The position numbers were made by a program, and so were the translations under genes. A DNA stretch of 64,000 nucleotides from Candidatus Saccharimonadota bacterium. Lineage in GTDB: Bacteria > Patescibacteriota > Saccharimonadia > Saccharimonadales > AQU-01. The notes below the pieces were generated by a model. It saw nothing but the letters and a program-made list of their open reading frames with translations, was not told the origin of the DNA and ran no database searches. Within the stretch, counting starts at the first letter, position 1. Each line of letters starts with the position of its first letter. The stretch is from contig JAHBAU020000007.1 in the NCBI GenBank assembly GCA_018499905.2, positions 11,408-75,407 on the forward strand, given 5' to 3'. Of the stretch, positions 17,087-26,756 are shown piece by piece.

Positions 17087-19279
17087 TTAAGTACCGCTAT
17101 GGGCGAGTCGTTCAAGTAATGCGATGGCTTTTTCTTGGGAGGACAGGCGCCATTTGGCAGCAGTAACACCACGGCCGACCCGGATGCTGTAGCCTCGCCT
17201 AGGCAAAGCTTTGTACATTGACTCGTCGGTGTAATCGTCACCAATGGCCAGTACAAAATCGTACGTTTCAATCATAAAGAATTTAGTGGCTACACTCTTG
17301 TTCACTTGGCTGGATTTAATTTCCAGAATTTTATGGCCATTGTTCAATTGAAGCCCCATCTTTTTGACAATAGGCCCCAGGTTGCGCCGAATAATCGCAT
17401 TATATTTTTGCGCCATGTAGGGTGTTGATTTGCGGTAGTGCCACACCAGGGCGTGCTGTTTTTCTTCAACGAATGAGCCCGGGGCTTCTTTGGCGTATTT
17501 TTCGAGCGTTGGCTTTAGTGCCGCTTTCCACGTATTGTTTTCCTGGACGAGATGCTGCCACTTTTGGCCTGGAGCTGATTTGATGGCTGCTCCATGTTCG
17601 GCTGCGAGGGCAACTGGCGCATTACCAAGCCAGGCCTCGAGGTTCTCTTGGCTTCGTCCGCTAATGACTGCCACATCAGTATGTTTCTGCTTACTGAGTT
17701 TTTCGAGTAATTGCAGTAATGAAGACGAGGGAGCGGCTTTGGACGGGACGGAGCGGATTGGCGCTAAGACACCATCGTAATCAAGCAATAATAGCCGACG
17801 TTTTGCTGCCGTATAGTCAGATAATAATTTCTGTATACGGGCGCCATATAGCGGCAAGGTAATGCTGACCGTATGGGTGCTTGAACGTGACAAACTATGC
17901 ATAAAATCCTTCGTCCACGTTTGAACGGTATGAGCCGACAGGTGTTTTTGCATGCGTTTTAAGCGGAGTTGTAACTCTGGAGCCGGCATCATCAGGGCTT
18001 GTGCCAACGCGTTGCTCAGTTCCAGGGTTCTGTCAGGATTGACCAATAGTGCTTCTTTGAGCTCAGTCGCCGCTCCAGCTGTTCGGCTCAATATTAAGAC
18101 GCCGCTTTTGCCGGACTTGCTGGCAATATACTCTTTGGCAACGAGGTTCATACCATCTTTAATGGGCGAAACAAAGGCCACATGTGCCACCTGGTACAAG
18201 GCGCTCAATTTTTCAAAGGACACGCTGCGGTAATGGTAATCAATTGGCTTCCAGCCTCCCTTGCCAAAACGGTTATTGATTGTATCCACCATGGATTCCA
18301 CCTGATCACGCAGTTGCTGATACACCGGGATGTCGGTTCTGGACGGCACGGCCAACATAGACATGACAACTTTGCCGCGCCACTTAGGGTAGCGCTCCAA
18401 AAAGTCACGGTAGGCATTGAGCCGCTCCACAAACCCCTTAGTTGGGTCCAGCCGATCAACTGTCAGAATGACCTTTTTGCGGCCATATCGCTTGTGCAGC
18501 TTGGCGAGCTCGTGCTTGACCTTGGTGGACGAGCCAGCGCGGGCATATTTTAGATAATCGATACCTAACGGAAATGCAGTAACTTCTGTTTCGAGGGTGG
18601 AGGTAATGACGCGATCGGCGATAACTGCTCCAAGGCCGGCAATTTGACACGACTCCAAGAAATGCTGGGCATAGCCGTGGGTATGAAAACCAACCAGATT
18701 GCTGCCAAGCAACCCTTTTATTAGCGACCGATGGGTCGATAATTGGACCGCTTTGTCGGCCATGGGAAAAGGGATATGCATAAAAAAACCGATGTCGGCA
18801 TCTGGCCGTTGTTTGCGCAGCATGCGTGGCACTAACATTAGCTGGTAATCATGCACCCAGATTCGGCAACGATCATGGGCAAGCATAACAGTAACATCAG
18901 CGAACAGCTGATTCACTTCTCGATAAGCTCGCCAGGTCTTATCTTTGACATCCCGGTAATACTCCAGGTCATGCAAATATGGCCAGAGCACGGAATTGCT
19001 GTAGCCATTGTAATAATCTTCAATCTGGCGCCGAGTTAAGAACACGGGGTAGCAATTTTGGGTTGCTAGTCGCTCAGTCACATCCTGTTTCTCATCTTCT
19101 GATAAATCTTCTGCGGCAATCCCTGGCCAGCCAATCCAAACATTGGACTTTTCTTTGGTAAATGAAGACAAACCAGTAGCTAGCCCGCCGGAGCTTGGGT
19201 AGTACTCCAGCTTGCCTTTATTTCTCCTTACACTCACTGGTAGTCGGTTCGAGACAATGATGGTTTGCGGCATGCGCAT
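17087..19279 (-). CDS. Bifunctional trehalose-6-phosphate synthase/phosphatase fusion
   Basis: The N-terminal GT20-like part starts IIVSNRLPV. The C-terminal HAD-type TPP part carries LLLLDYDGVL and GDDYTDE. Confidence 0.85.
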   Translation of the reverse strand: MRMPQTIIVSNRLPVSVRRNKGKLEYYPSSGGLATGLSSFTKEKSNVWIGWPGIAAEDLSEDEKQDVTERLATQNCYPVFLTRRQIEDYYNGYSNSVLWPYLHDLEYYRDVKDKTWRAYREVNQLFADVTVMLAHDRCRIWVHDYQLMLVPRMLRKQRPDADIGFFMHIPFPMADKAVQLSTHRSLIKGLLGSNLVGFHTHGYAQHFLESCQIAGLGAVIADRVITSTLETEVTAFPLGIDYLKYARAGSSTKVKHELAKLHKRYGRKKVILTVDRLDPTKGFVERLNAYRDFLERYPKWRGKVVMSMLAVPSRTDIPVYQQLRDQVESMVDTINNRFGKGGWKPIDYHYRSVSFEKLSALYQVAHVAFVSPIKDGMNLVAKEYIASKSGKSGVLILSRTAGAATELKEALLVNPDRTLELSNALAQALMMPAPELQLRLKRMQKHLSAHTVQTWTKDFMHSLSRSSTHTVSITLPLYGARIQKLLSDYTAAKRRLLLLDYDGVLAPIRSVPSKAAPSSSLLQLLEKLSKQKHTDVAVISGRSQENLEAWLGNAPVALAAEHGAAIKSAPGQKWQHLVQENNTWKAALKPTLEKYAKEAPGSFVEEKQHALVWHYRKSTPYMAQKYNAIIRRNLGPIVKKMGLQLNNGHKILEIKSSQVNKSVATKFFMIETYDFVLAIGDDYTDESMYKALPRRGYSIRVGRGVTAAKWRLSSQEKAIALLERLAHSGT

Positions 19280-19330
19280 ACATATTATACGCTAAATGGG
19301 CACTACAAACGGTAGAGAGGGGTAAACCAC

Positions 19331-20260
19331 GTGGGAGTAACGGTTCTGTGTGGGCCAAACGATTATGCGCGAAGCCGTGAGCTTTCCAAGCTTACCTCGG
19401 CTTTTATTGAGGCGTATGGCGACATCGGCCTGGAACCAATAGACGGTGAATCGGTCACGCCAACGCGGCTACAGGAGGCGATAACCAGCTTGCCGTTCTT
19501 GGCTGCTAAAAAAATGGTGGTTGTCAAAAACCTGAGCGGCAACAAAGCGGCAGTCGAGAAAATCGATGAGCTATTGAGTGCTATTTCAGATACCACCGAC
19601 TTCGTGCTCGTTGAGTCTAAGGTTGATAAGCGGAGCGTGTATTATAAATTGCTTAAGAAACAGCCCACCTTTATCGCCTGTGAACCGTTAGATCAGCCGG
19701 CGCTTGCCAAGTGGGCGACCCAGTATGCCAAAGAAAAATCCGGCACTCTGGCCACAAACGATGCTAACTATCTGATTGGGCGCCTGGGTGATTCTCAGCA
19801 GCTGCTGGCCAGCGAGATTGACAAGCTACTACTCTATAACAAAGCTATTACCCGCCAATCAATCGATTTATTGACCGAGCCTACCCCCAGCAGTACAGTG
19901 TTTGAGCTGCTCGGAGCCGCCTTTGAAGGACGGACCAAGGCTGCGATAGGGATTTATGAAGAACAGCGTCGATTACGGGTTGAGCCCCAAGCCATTTTGG
20001 CGTTGATTGCTTGGCAACTCCATCTACTATCGCTTATCAAAACGGCCAAAGATCGCTCCTCGGCTGATATTGCTCGGGCGGCTGGAGTCAGTCCCTTTGC
20101 CGTAGGGAGGAGCATGACCATCGCCCGCCAGATAAGTGCTGCTGACTTAAAACACTTGGTCCACGAAACTCTGATTCTCGACACCCGACTCAAATCTGAA
20201 AGCATCGACACAGACGGAGCCATGAAAAACCTCCTTCTCAAAATCGCCAACATACAATAA
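19331..20260 (+). CDS. holA: DNA polymerase III delta subunit
   Basis: GTG start. Length and pattern are HolA-like (LPFLAAKKMVVV...). Confidence 0.75.
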   Translation: MGVTVLCGPNDYARSRELSKLTSAFIEAYGDIGLEPIDGESVTPTRLQEAITSLPFLAAKKMVVVKNLSGNKAAVEKIDELLSAISDTTDFVLVESKVDKRSVYYKLLKKQPTFIACEPLDQPALAKWATQYAKEKSGTLATNDANYLIGRLGDSQQLLASEIDKLLLYNKAITRQSIDLLTEPTPSSTVFELLGAAFEGRTKAAIGIYEEQRRLRVEPQAILALIAWQLHLLSLIKTAKDRSSADIARAAGVSPFAVGRSMTIARQISAADLKHLVHETLILDTRLKSESIDTDGAMKNLLLKIANIQ

Positions 20261-20322
20261 ACGTAAGCTTGACCAAAAAGCAAAAGCATGATATATTGAT
20301 ATGCAAACCCAAAAACATACAT

Positions 20323-21927
20323 ATGCCAGAAAACAGATTCGTACCACCAGTCGAACATTTCCAAAATCAAAATGGTAGTTTGTTCAGTCGTGACCCGTAC
20401 TACGATCCGAGCGTAAGTGACTTACTAACTGTACGTCATACATTTCGCGAAATCGGTAATCATCAGGCGATGAATGACATCTCGCGCAGTGTAGTTCAAG
20501 CGTATTTAGGCAATAGAGGATTTGACGATTCTATTTTGAGTGAAATAGTGCAGGTAATACGCGATGATGATCTAGGTGAGATGGTCACAAAAATTGAAGG
20601 TGAACAGGCCACGGGAAACCAGGCGGCTAAGGAACATCAGCAAAGATTTGAAAGCTACCGAGATAGGTATCTTGGCACCATTCGGGAGGCGGCAACTAAA
20701 GGCTTGCCCGTGAACGCAGACCTAGCGTTTAGTGCCTTGGCCGCTACGCATATAAGTATCATAAGCAAAGAGACGGCACTGCTAAACGGCTATGATGCCG
20801 CATTCCAGCCCAAGAACGGCAGAATCCAGTTTCAGCCATCTTACGGGGCCGCAGAAATTGATCAGTATGTCAGCTTCCACGAATTCACCCATGCAGTAAC
20901 GGGCTTTCACGTGAGAAAAATCGACGAAGACAGAATAATGGACGATTTACAGCATCAGGGAGTTCGACACCGTCAATATTCGAGAACCGAACCTGGAGAA
21001 GCTGGGTCGCAACCAGAGAAAGAACAAGACAAACGCGATCTATTTGACGAAATATTCACTGATCAAATTGCTAGAATCTTGTTTCGGGCATACCAGACTG
21101 GCGATATGCCTGATTTCCGAACCATGACGGTAGCGCAATTTTTTGAACGAGAAAACCAACCTGATGATGGTGCAGCACGAAAGGTAGGATGGGAAGTGGT
21201 GAAAAATGTTTTTGAGCGGATTCCTGAATCAGAAAAACCGATACAGAAACTTCTGGCGCTGCAATTTGAGTACTATGACCCTTCTCGGCCGGCCGGTCAG
21301 CGCGCTCCAGCTCATCGTGAGTTTTGGCAGATGGCCGACAAGTTCACCAACATCAATAAGGTTGATCAAATTGCTAGTGCAAAAGGTCATGCGGCGGCAA
21401 AAGAGTATGTACTTTCTGCTCAGTATGATGAAGACTTACGCGCAAAACAGCGTCGGAATCCAAATTACTCGTCAAACGAAGGGGTTAATTCTGGGCCGAG
21501 CCTTGCTGACATCCTGACCACACTTAATAAAGCCGAGCGCAGATCAAAGACACAGGCCAGGCACGGCTATCAACGGCGCGAATCAAGTAATCGTTTCCGG
21601 CAGTCAGTTGGTGCTATGCGGGCACAGCATACTGATGAATATGTTACGAGTACACTTGCTGCGATGGAAGCACGCGGCATGACACCGGCGCAGATCAAGA
21701 AAGCAATTGCCAAGCAGTGGCATCCGGATGTAACTGGTGGCGATAGTCGTCGTGCGGAATATTTGAAGACTGCTAACAACCGGCTTTCACGTCTAGAAGC
21801 CGGCGCCCGGCATAAGCGTCCTCAGCACAGGCAAGGAGGATCGGCACAGCCAAAAGAAAATCGTGCAACTGACCACAACGCTGCTGCGGATAGCAAAGAG
21901 CCAGCTGAATTAACAACTGGCTCATAA
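20323..21927 (+). CDS. HExxH metalloprotease-like protein with a C-terminal J domain
   Basis: HEFTH lies at 20878-20892. The J-like segment TPAQIKKAIAKQWHPDVTGGD has HPD at 21721-21729. ATG at 20323 is preferred over the TTG at 20269. Confidence 0.55.
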   Translation: MPENRFVPPVEHFQNQNGSLFSRDPYYDPSVSDLLTVRHTFREIGNHQAMNDISRSVVQAYLGNRGFDDSILSEIVQVIRDDDLGEMVTKIEGEQATGNQAAKEHQQRFESYRDRYLGTIREAATKGLPVNADLAFSALAATHISIISKETALLNGYDAAFQPKNGRIQFQPSYGAAEIDQYVSFHEFTHAVTGFHVRKIDEDRIMDDLQHQGVRHRQYSRTEPGEAGSQPEKEQDKRDLFDEIFTDQIARILFRAYQTGDMPDFRTMTVAQFFERENQPDDGAARKVGWEVVKNVFERIPESEKPIQKLLALQFEYYDPSRPAGQRAPAHREFWQMADKFTNINKVDQIASAKGHAAAKEYVLSAQYDEDLRAKQRRNPNYSSNEGVNSGPSLADILTTLNKAERRSKTQARHGYQRRESSNRFRQSVGAMRAQHTDEYVTSTLAAMEARGMTPAQIKKAIAKQWHPDVTGGDSRRAEYLKTANNRLSRLEAGARHKRPQHRQGGSAQPKENRATDHNAAADSKEPAELTTGS

Positions 21928-21945
21928 TACTGGCGATGGCTGGGG

Positions 21946-22287
21946 TTATTTTTTCTTGGCTGGAGCTTTTTTAGCAGCAGGCTTCTTCGCAGGGGCTTTC
22001 TTGGCTGGAGCTTTGGCGGCCTTTTTGGCAGCAGCGGTTGGTTTGACGCCAGCGGCTTTGGCGGCGCGGGCGAGCTGACGCTGTTTGCGGGCTGCTTTAT
22101 TCTTGTGCATCAAGTTCTTCTTAGCGGCTGTGTCTAGAGCGCTTTGGGCTTTGCGGGCATCGCTGCCAGATTTGGTGCGACCGAAGGCCTTCAGGGCAGA
22201 TTTGAGGCTGCGCTTGGTGCGGACATTTCGCTTGGTGGCCTTAGCGGCAACACGAACGCGCTTTTTAGCAGATTTGATAATTGGCAT
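21946..22287 (-). CDS. rpsT: 30S ribosomal protein S20 with a Lys/Ala/Pro-rich tail
   Basis: MPIIKSAKKR...LMHKNKAARKQ is the S20 core. About 27 residues of AKKP-type repeats follow. Confidence 0.85.
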   Translation of the reverse strand: MPIIKSAKKRVRVAAKATKRNVRTKRSLKSALKAFGRTKSGSDARKAQSALDTAAKKNLMHKNKAARKQRQLARAAKAAGVKPTAAAKKAAKAPAKKAPAKKPAAKKAPAKKK

Positions 22288-22339
22288 ATACTTTTTATCC
22301 TTTGTAACTTATACGTTGTTATTGATACGTCGATTGCCA

Positions 22340-22368
22340 ACTATACAGGGGTGGAACAATTTTGTCAA
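22340..22368 (-). promoter_or_regulatory. Sigma70-like promoter of rpsT
   Basis: On the minus strand, TTGACA (22363-22368), a 17-nt spacer, then TATAGT (22340-22345). Confidence 0.45.
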
Positions 22369-22467
22369 AGTGGTGGTGGACAAGAGTAGCCATAAGTGGT
22401 ACGCTGATTTTTAAGGATCAATGCTAAAATAAACATAAGCTTTAAAACATAGGCAAACGCTACATAA

Positions 22468-24045
22468 ATGGACCCGAACAATAACTTCGCTAATCCTGCA
22501 CCGCAACCTTTTGCTCAGAATCCGTTAAATCCGACAACGGTTCCAGCGCCAACACCTCCCTCAGGTGCAACTGATCCAAAAGCCCAAATTCTGGAGCGAC
22601 TAAAAGGTTCGGTCAATGTGCTTGTTACCGTTAGTAACAACCCGTCAGTCGATCAATTGGCAGCGGCGATTGGGTTTACGTTGGTGCTCAATAAGCTGAA
22701 AAAGCACGGTACGGCAGTATTCAGCGGCCAGATTCCTTCAACGATTGAATTCTTACAGCCCGAGAAAACTATCGAAAAGAACACTGATAGTCTGCGTGAT
22801 TTCATCGTGGCGCTCGATAAAGCCAAGGCCGATAAGCTGCGCTACAAGATCGAAGATAAGTTCGTTAAGATTTTCATTACCCCGTATCACACCTCTTTGA
22901 GCGAAAAGGACCTGGAATTCGGACAAGGGGACTTGAACGTTGACGTTATTTTGGCGGTAGGTGTTAATCATCGCGACGAGCTTGACCAGGCGGTGACGGC
23001 TCATGGCCGAATTTTGCACGACGCTACCATTGTGAGCATCACCCGGCAGCAAGCCGATGATATCGGTACGATCAATTGGCATGTGCCAAGCGCCAGCAGT
23101 TTCTCGGAAGTGTTAGTTGATCTGAGCGAAGGCCTGAAATCGCCTGAAATTGAGCTGTTCGATCAACAGATTGCCACGGCATTTTTGACCGGTATTGTGG
23201 CCGAAACAGACCGATTTAGTAACGATAAAACGACACCACAGACAATGAGCATTTCCGCCATCCTTATGAAGGCTGGCGCCAACCAACAATTAATTGCTAA
23301 CAAGCTAGAAGAGCCAGAGCCAATTCCTGAAGCGGTCGATATGCCAAGGCCATTGGCCCAAGCTGCTCCAGCTCCGGCAGCACCCATGCCTGCACAACCG
23401 CCAAAGCCAAACGATGGATCGTTGGAGATTCCACACGAAGACATTCCCGTCGAACCCGAAACAGCCGAACCCGAAGCAGTGGAGGCGGCAGATATTGAGA
23501 TTGATGACGAAGGTCGCCTGAAACTCAAGCCTGAGGATGCCCCCGACACTAGCGCTCCAAGTGGCGATATGCTCCCGCCTGTTATGGGGTCGAGTGGTGC
23601 GGCTAACACTGTAAATACTGACGACCAAACGCTAGAAGATATCGAAAAGTCGGTCAATAGCCCGCACTTGGCTCAAGCCGGGATTACGCCGGCTGCCCCA
23701 GCTCCGAATAGTGACCTGTCGGGCGCAGCGCCAGTAGTACCGACGAGCGATGTTCCGTCGGTGCCAGCACCTGCACCAGCACTGCCGGATGAAGTGCCGC
23801 ATATCACCGAAGCCGAAGCTCGGATGAAGGTAGAAGAGGCCGAACAAAGCAGCCCAGATGAAGTGCTCGATGCATTATCTAAGCCAATTGCTGCCCTCAA
23901 CAGCGTCCCGGTTGATCTGAACATGGGTCACGACAATCCACCGACTAGTCCTATGCCGCCGGCCAGCCCAGGCGGCACGCAAGCACCTGGCACGCCACCG
24001 CCACCACCTGTGGCGCCACCGTGGACGCCTCCCGCTGCTCCTTGA
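22468..24045 (+). CDS. DHH/NrnA-like N-terminal domain protein with a long Pro/Ala-rich tail
   Basis: The N-terminal 280 aa weakly resemble DHH phosphoesterases, but no DHH motif is seen. The C-terminal 250 aa are Pro/Ala/Glu low complexity. Confidence 0.4.
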   Translation: MDPNNNFANPAPQPFAQNPLNPTTVPAPTPPSGATDPKAQILERLKGSVNVLVTVSNNPSVDQLAAAIGFTLVLNKLKKHGTAVFSGQIPSTIEFLQPEKTIEKNTDSLRDFIVALDKAKADKLRYKIEDKFVKIFITPYHTSLSEKDLEFGQGDLNVDVILAVGVNHRDELDQAVTAHGRILHDATIVSITRQQADDIGTINWHVPSASSFSEVLVDLSEGLKSPEIELFDQQIATAFLTGIVAETDRFSNDKTTPQTMSISAILMKAGANQQLIANKLEEPEPIPEAVDMPRPLAQAAPAPAAPMPAQPPKPNDGSLEIPHEDIPVEPETAEPEAVEAADIEIDDEGRLKLKPEDAPDTSAPSGDMLPPVMGSSGAANTVNTDDQTLEDIEKSVNSPHLAQAGITPAAPAPNSDLSGAAPVVPTSDVPSVPAPAPALPDEVPHITEAEARMKVEEAEQSSPDEVLDALSKPIAALNSVPVDLNMGHDNPPTSPMPPASPGGTQAPGTPPPPPVAPPWTPPAAP

Positions 24046-24159
24046 GGTCGCGAATCCTACAATTTTTGCCTCCCATATTGATTTATAGAAGTAAATACGC
24101 TAGAATAACCCCTAGCAATTACTTATCTCTTAAGTTAACAAGGTAAGAAGAAGGATTAC

Positions 24160-24426
24160 ATGATTAGTTCAGAGAAGAAGAGTGTGGTGGTAAAAGATCT
24201 ACAAGCCCACAAAACTGACACAGGCTCACCTGAGGTACAAGTAGGCATTCTCACCGAGAGAATCAAAGAATTGACCGAACACCTCAAAGTAAACAAGAAA
24301 GATTTTGCTGCTCGTCGTGGATTACTCCAGATGGTTGGTAAGCGACGCCGTTTACTGCGTTACTTGGCTAGCAAGAACAGCAAGTCCTATCTTGACCTGA
24401 TTCAAAAGCTCGGCATTCGTAAGTAA
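24160..24426 (+). CDS. rpsO: 30S ribosomal protein S15
   Basis: 88 aa with [22 protein letters not shown], typical of S15. Confidence 0.95.
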   Translation: MISSEKKSVVVKDLQAHKTDTGSPEVQVGILTERIKELTEHLKVNKKDFAARRGLLQMVGKRRRLLRYLASKNSKSYLDLIQKLGIRK

Positions 24427-24609
24427 TTTGGATACTGGACAGCGGGCGCCTGCACAATTGGCGATGTACTAACCAACAACAGTGTGCCCGAATCTAGAAC
24501 CCAAATTCTAGAGCACTTTATTAACAGGGGTGATAAAGCACAGCTTTCCGCCAATATGACGGACGGTTGAACCTTGTTACCCCTCTAAAAACAAAGGAGG
24601 TTCCATACT

Positions 24610-26745
24610 ATGGCAACCATTAATCCTCTTGGAAAAGATATTATCAAAGTAGAAACAGACTGGTGCGGCCGCACACTCAGCCTCGAAGTCGGCCGCGTTG
24701 GCTTTCGAACAACTGCCAGCGTCATTGCTCGGTACGGCGACACCGTGGTTCTCGGTACTGCCATGGTCGGCAGTGAGCCACTACAGGGGATGGATTACTT
24801 CCCGCTCAGTATTGATTATGAAGAGCGCTTTTATGCAGCTGGCAAGATCAGCGGCAGCCGCTTTATCAAGCGCGAAGGACGCCCATCTGATGATGCTATT
24901 CTGATTGGTCGCTTAATCGACCGCCCTATTCGTCCATTATGGCCAAAGGGCTACCGTCATGAAGTGCAGGGTGTGGCAACTGTTTTGTCGATGGACCCGG
25001 CTTTTCGGCCAGATATGGTCGCAATGTTGGCTATGAGCGCCGCCTTCATGCTGACTGGTGCACCATTTGACGGTCCAGTAGCCGGCGTTCGTGTTGGTAT
25101 GGTGGATGGCAAACTCACGGCGTTTGCACCTGCCGAAGAACTAGAGAACGGCAAGCTTGACTTGGTTGTAGCCGGTACCGGCGATGCCATTATGATGGTC
25201 GAAGCTGGTGCGAACGAAGTTACCGAAGAAGAAGTTGCCGAAGCGCTCGAGTTTGCGCACAAAGCGTTGCAGCCAGCTATTGCGCTGCAACAAGAGCTTT
25301 TAAAGAAAATCCCTGTTACAAAACAAGAGTATGTCTTGAGCCTGCCTGATGAGGCAGTCCAAAAGGAAGTTGACGCCTGGGTTGACGGCAAATTGGGCGA
25401 AAAGGTCCGCGTTGCCTATCCAGAGCGAAACGAACTGGTCAACGCCCTACGGACTGAGATGCACGCTGCATTCTCTGAAAAACTAGGTGAAGATGAATTT
25501 AAGGCTGTTCGCAGTCACTACGATGAGGCATTCCAGACGGCCGTCCACAAAGATGTCCGAGCCGGAATCATCAAGGATAATATTCGTCCCGATGGCCGCA
25601 AATTTGATGAAGTCCGCACGCTTTCCAGTGAAGTTGGCATTTTGCCTCGTGCGCATGGTTCAAGTTTGTTCACCCGCGGCGTGACCCAGGCTATGAACAT
25701 CGTGACATTGGCGCCGCTTAGCTACTCGCAGATGCTCGACACCATGGAGCGCAACGACACCCAGAAACGCTACATGCACCACTACAACGCTCCTGGCTAC
25801 ACTGTTGGTGAAGTCCGCCGTCTCGGCAGCCCCGGCCGCCGCGAAATCGGCCACAGCTACCTGGCAGAGCGGGCAATCACTGCCGTACTCCCCAGCGAAG
25901 AAGAGTTCCCTTATGCTATCCGCTCGGTTACCGAAATCATGTCTCAGAATGGCTCAACTTCTATGGCTGCTACGTGTAGCAGCTGTTTGGCGCTGATGGA
26001 TGCTGGTGTACCTTTGAAATCGCCTGTCAGCGGCATCGCCATGGGGCTAATCATGGACAATGGCAAGCCGCACATCTTGAGCGATATTGCTGACGCTGAA
26101 GACTTTGCCGGCGATATGGATTTCAAGGTTACCGGTACTCCCAAGGGTATTACGGCGTTGCAGATGGACATGAAAGTCCATGGCTTGGCGCCAGAGATCC
26201 TCAAGGCTGCGCTGATGCAGGGCAAGGAAGGCCGTGCTTTTATCTTAAAGCACATGCTCGAAACTATCCCTGGTCCACGCAAAGACATGAGTCCGTATGC
26301 ACCGCGTGTTGAATCCATCAAGATTAATCCTGATAAGATTCGCGAAGTGATTGGTAAAGGTGGTGAAACAATCCAAAAGATTACCGCCGAAACCGACACT
26401 GACATCGATATTAAAGATGACGGAACTATCATGATTGCCAGCCCGGACAAGGCTAAGATTGAAGCCGCTAAACAGTGGATTCAAACTATTACCGCCGAGC
26501 CAGAAGTAGGCAAGATCTACAAAGACGTGCCAGTTGTCAGTGTCATGGACTTTGGCGCTTTCGTACAGATCATGCCGGGCAAAGATGGTCTGGTGCATGT
26601 GTCGGAAATGAGCGAAGATCGCGTCGAAAAACCGAGTGATGTTGTCAAAGAAGGTGACAGGGTGACCGTTAAGCTGGTGGCTATCGATGATCGTGGCCGT
26701 CTGCAATTAAGCATGAAGGCTGCGGCTCGCGAACTAAATAGCTAG
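24610..26745 (+). CDS. pnp: Polyribonucleotide nucleotidyltransferase (PNPase)
   Basis: 711 aa with two RNase PH domains plus KH and S1 domains. AAAGGAGG lies upstream and the gene follows rpsO. Confidence 0.95.
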   Translation: MATINPLGKDIIKVETDWCGRTLSLEVGRVGFRTTASVIARYGDTVVLGTAMVGSEPLQGMDYFPLSIDYEERFYAAGKISGSRFIKREGRPSDDAILIGRLIDRPIRPLWPKGYRHEVQGVATVLSMDPAFRPDMVAMLAMSAAFMLTGAPFDGPVAGVRVGMVDGKLTAFAPAEELENGKLDLVVAGTGDAIMMVEAGANEVTEEEVAEALEFAHKALQPAIALQQELLKKIPVTKQEYVLSLPDEAVQKEVDAWVDGKLGEKVRVAYPERNELVNALRTEMHAAFSEKLGEDEFKAVRSHYDEAFQTAVHKDVRAGIIKDNIRPDGRKFDEVRTLSSEVGILPRAHGSSLFTRGVTQAMNIVTLAPLSYSQMLDTMERNDTQKRYMHHYNAPGYTVGEVRRLGSPGRREIGHSYLAERAITAVLPSEEEFPYAIRSVTEIMSQNGSTSMAATCSSCLALMDAGVPLKSPVSGIAMGLIMDNGKPHILSDIADAEDFAGDMDFKVTGTPKGITALQMDMKVHGLAPEILKAALMQGKEGRAFILKHMLETIPGPRKDMSPYAPRVESIKINPDKIREVIGKGGETIQKITAETDTDIDIKDDGTIMIASPDKAKIEAAKQWIQTITAEPEVGKIYKDVPVVSVMDFGAFVQIMPGKDGLVHVSEMSEDRVEKPSDVVKEGDRVTVKLVAIDDRGRLQLSMKAAARELNS

Positions 26746-26756
26746 TTGTTAAGAAT

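Noticed and set aside
17017-17271. An 84-aa minus-strand ORF overlapping the 3' end of the trehalose fusion gene
   Set aside because: It is out of frame and overlaps a confidently identified gene. It has no independent start signals.
21946-22080. Periodic gctggagct/ggcttcttc nucleotide repeats that at first looked like a tandem repeat or CRISPR-like array
   Set aside because: They are the reverse complement of AKKP-type codon repeats in the S20 tail. There is no spacer/repeat architecture, and no CRISPR array is visible anywhere in the window.
23163-23924. Antisense ORFs of 71-164 aa opposite the Pro/Ala-rich tail of 22468..24045
   Set aside because: A GC-rich, low-complexity coding region keeps the opposite strand open. 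The peptides are Ser/Gly/Ala runs with no independent signals.
24957-26714. Long antisense ORFs (144-168 aa) opposite pnp
   Set aside because: PNPase is unambiguous on the plus strand, so these are shadow frames.
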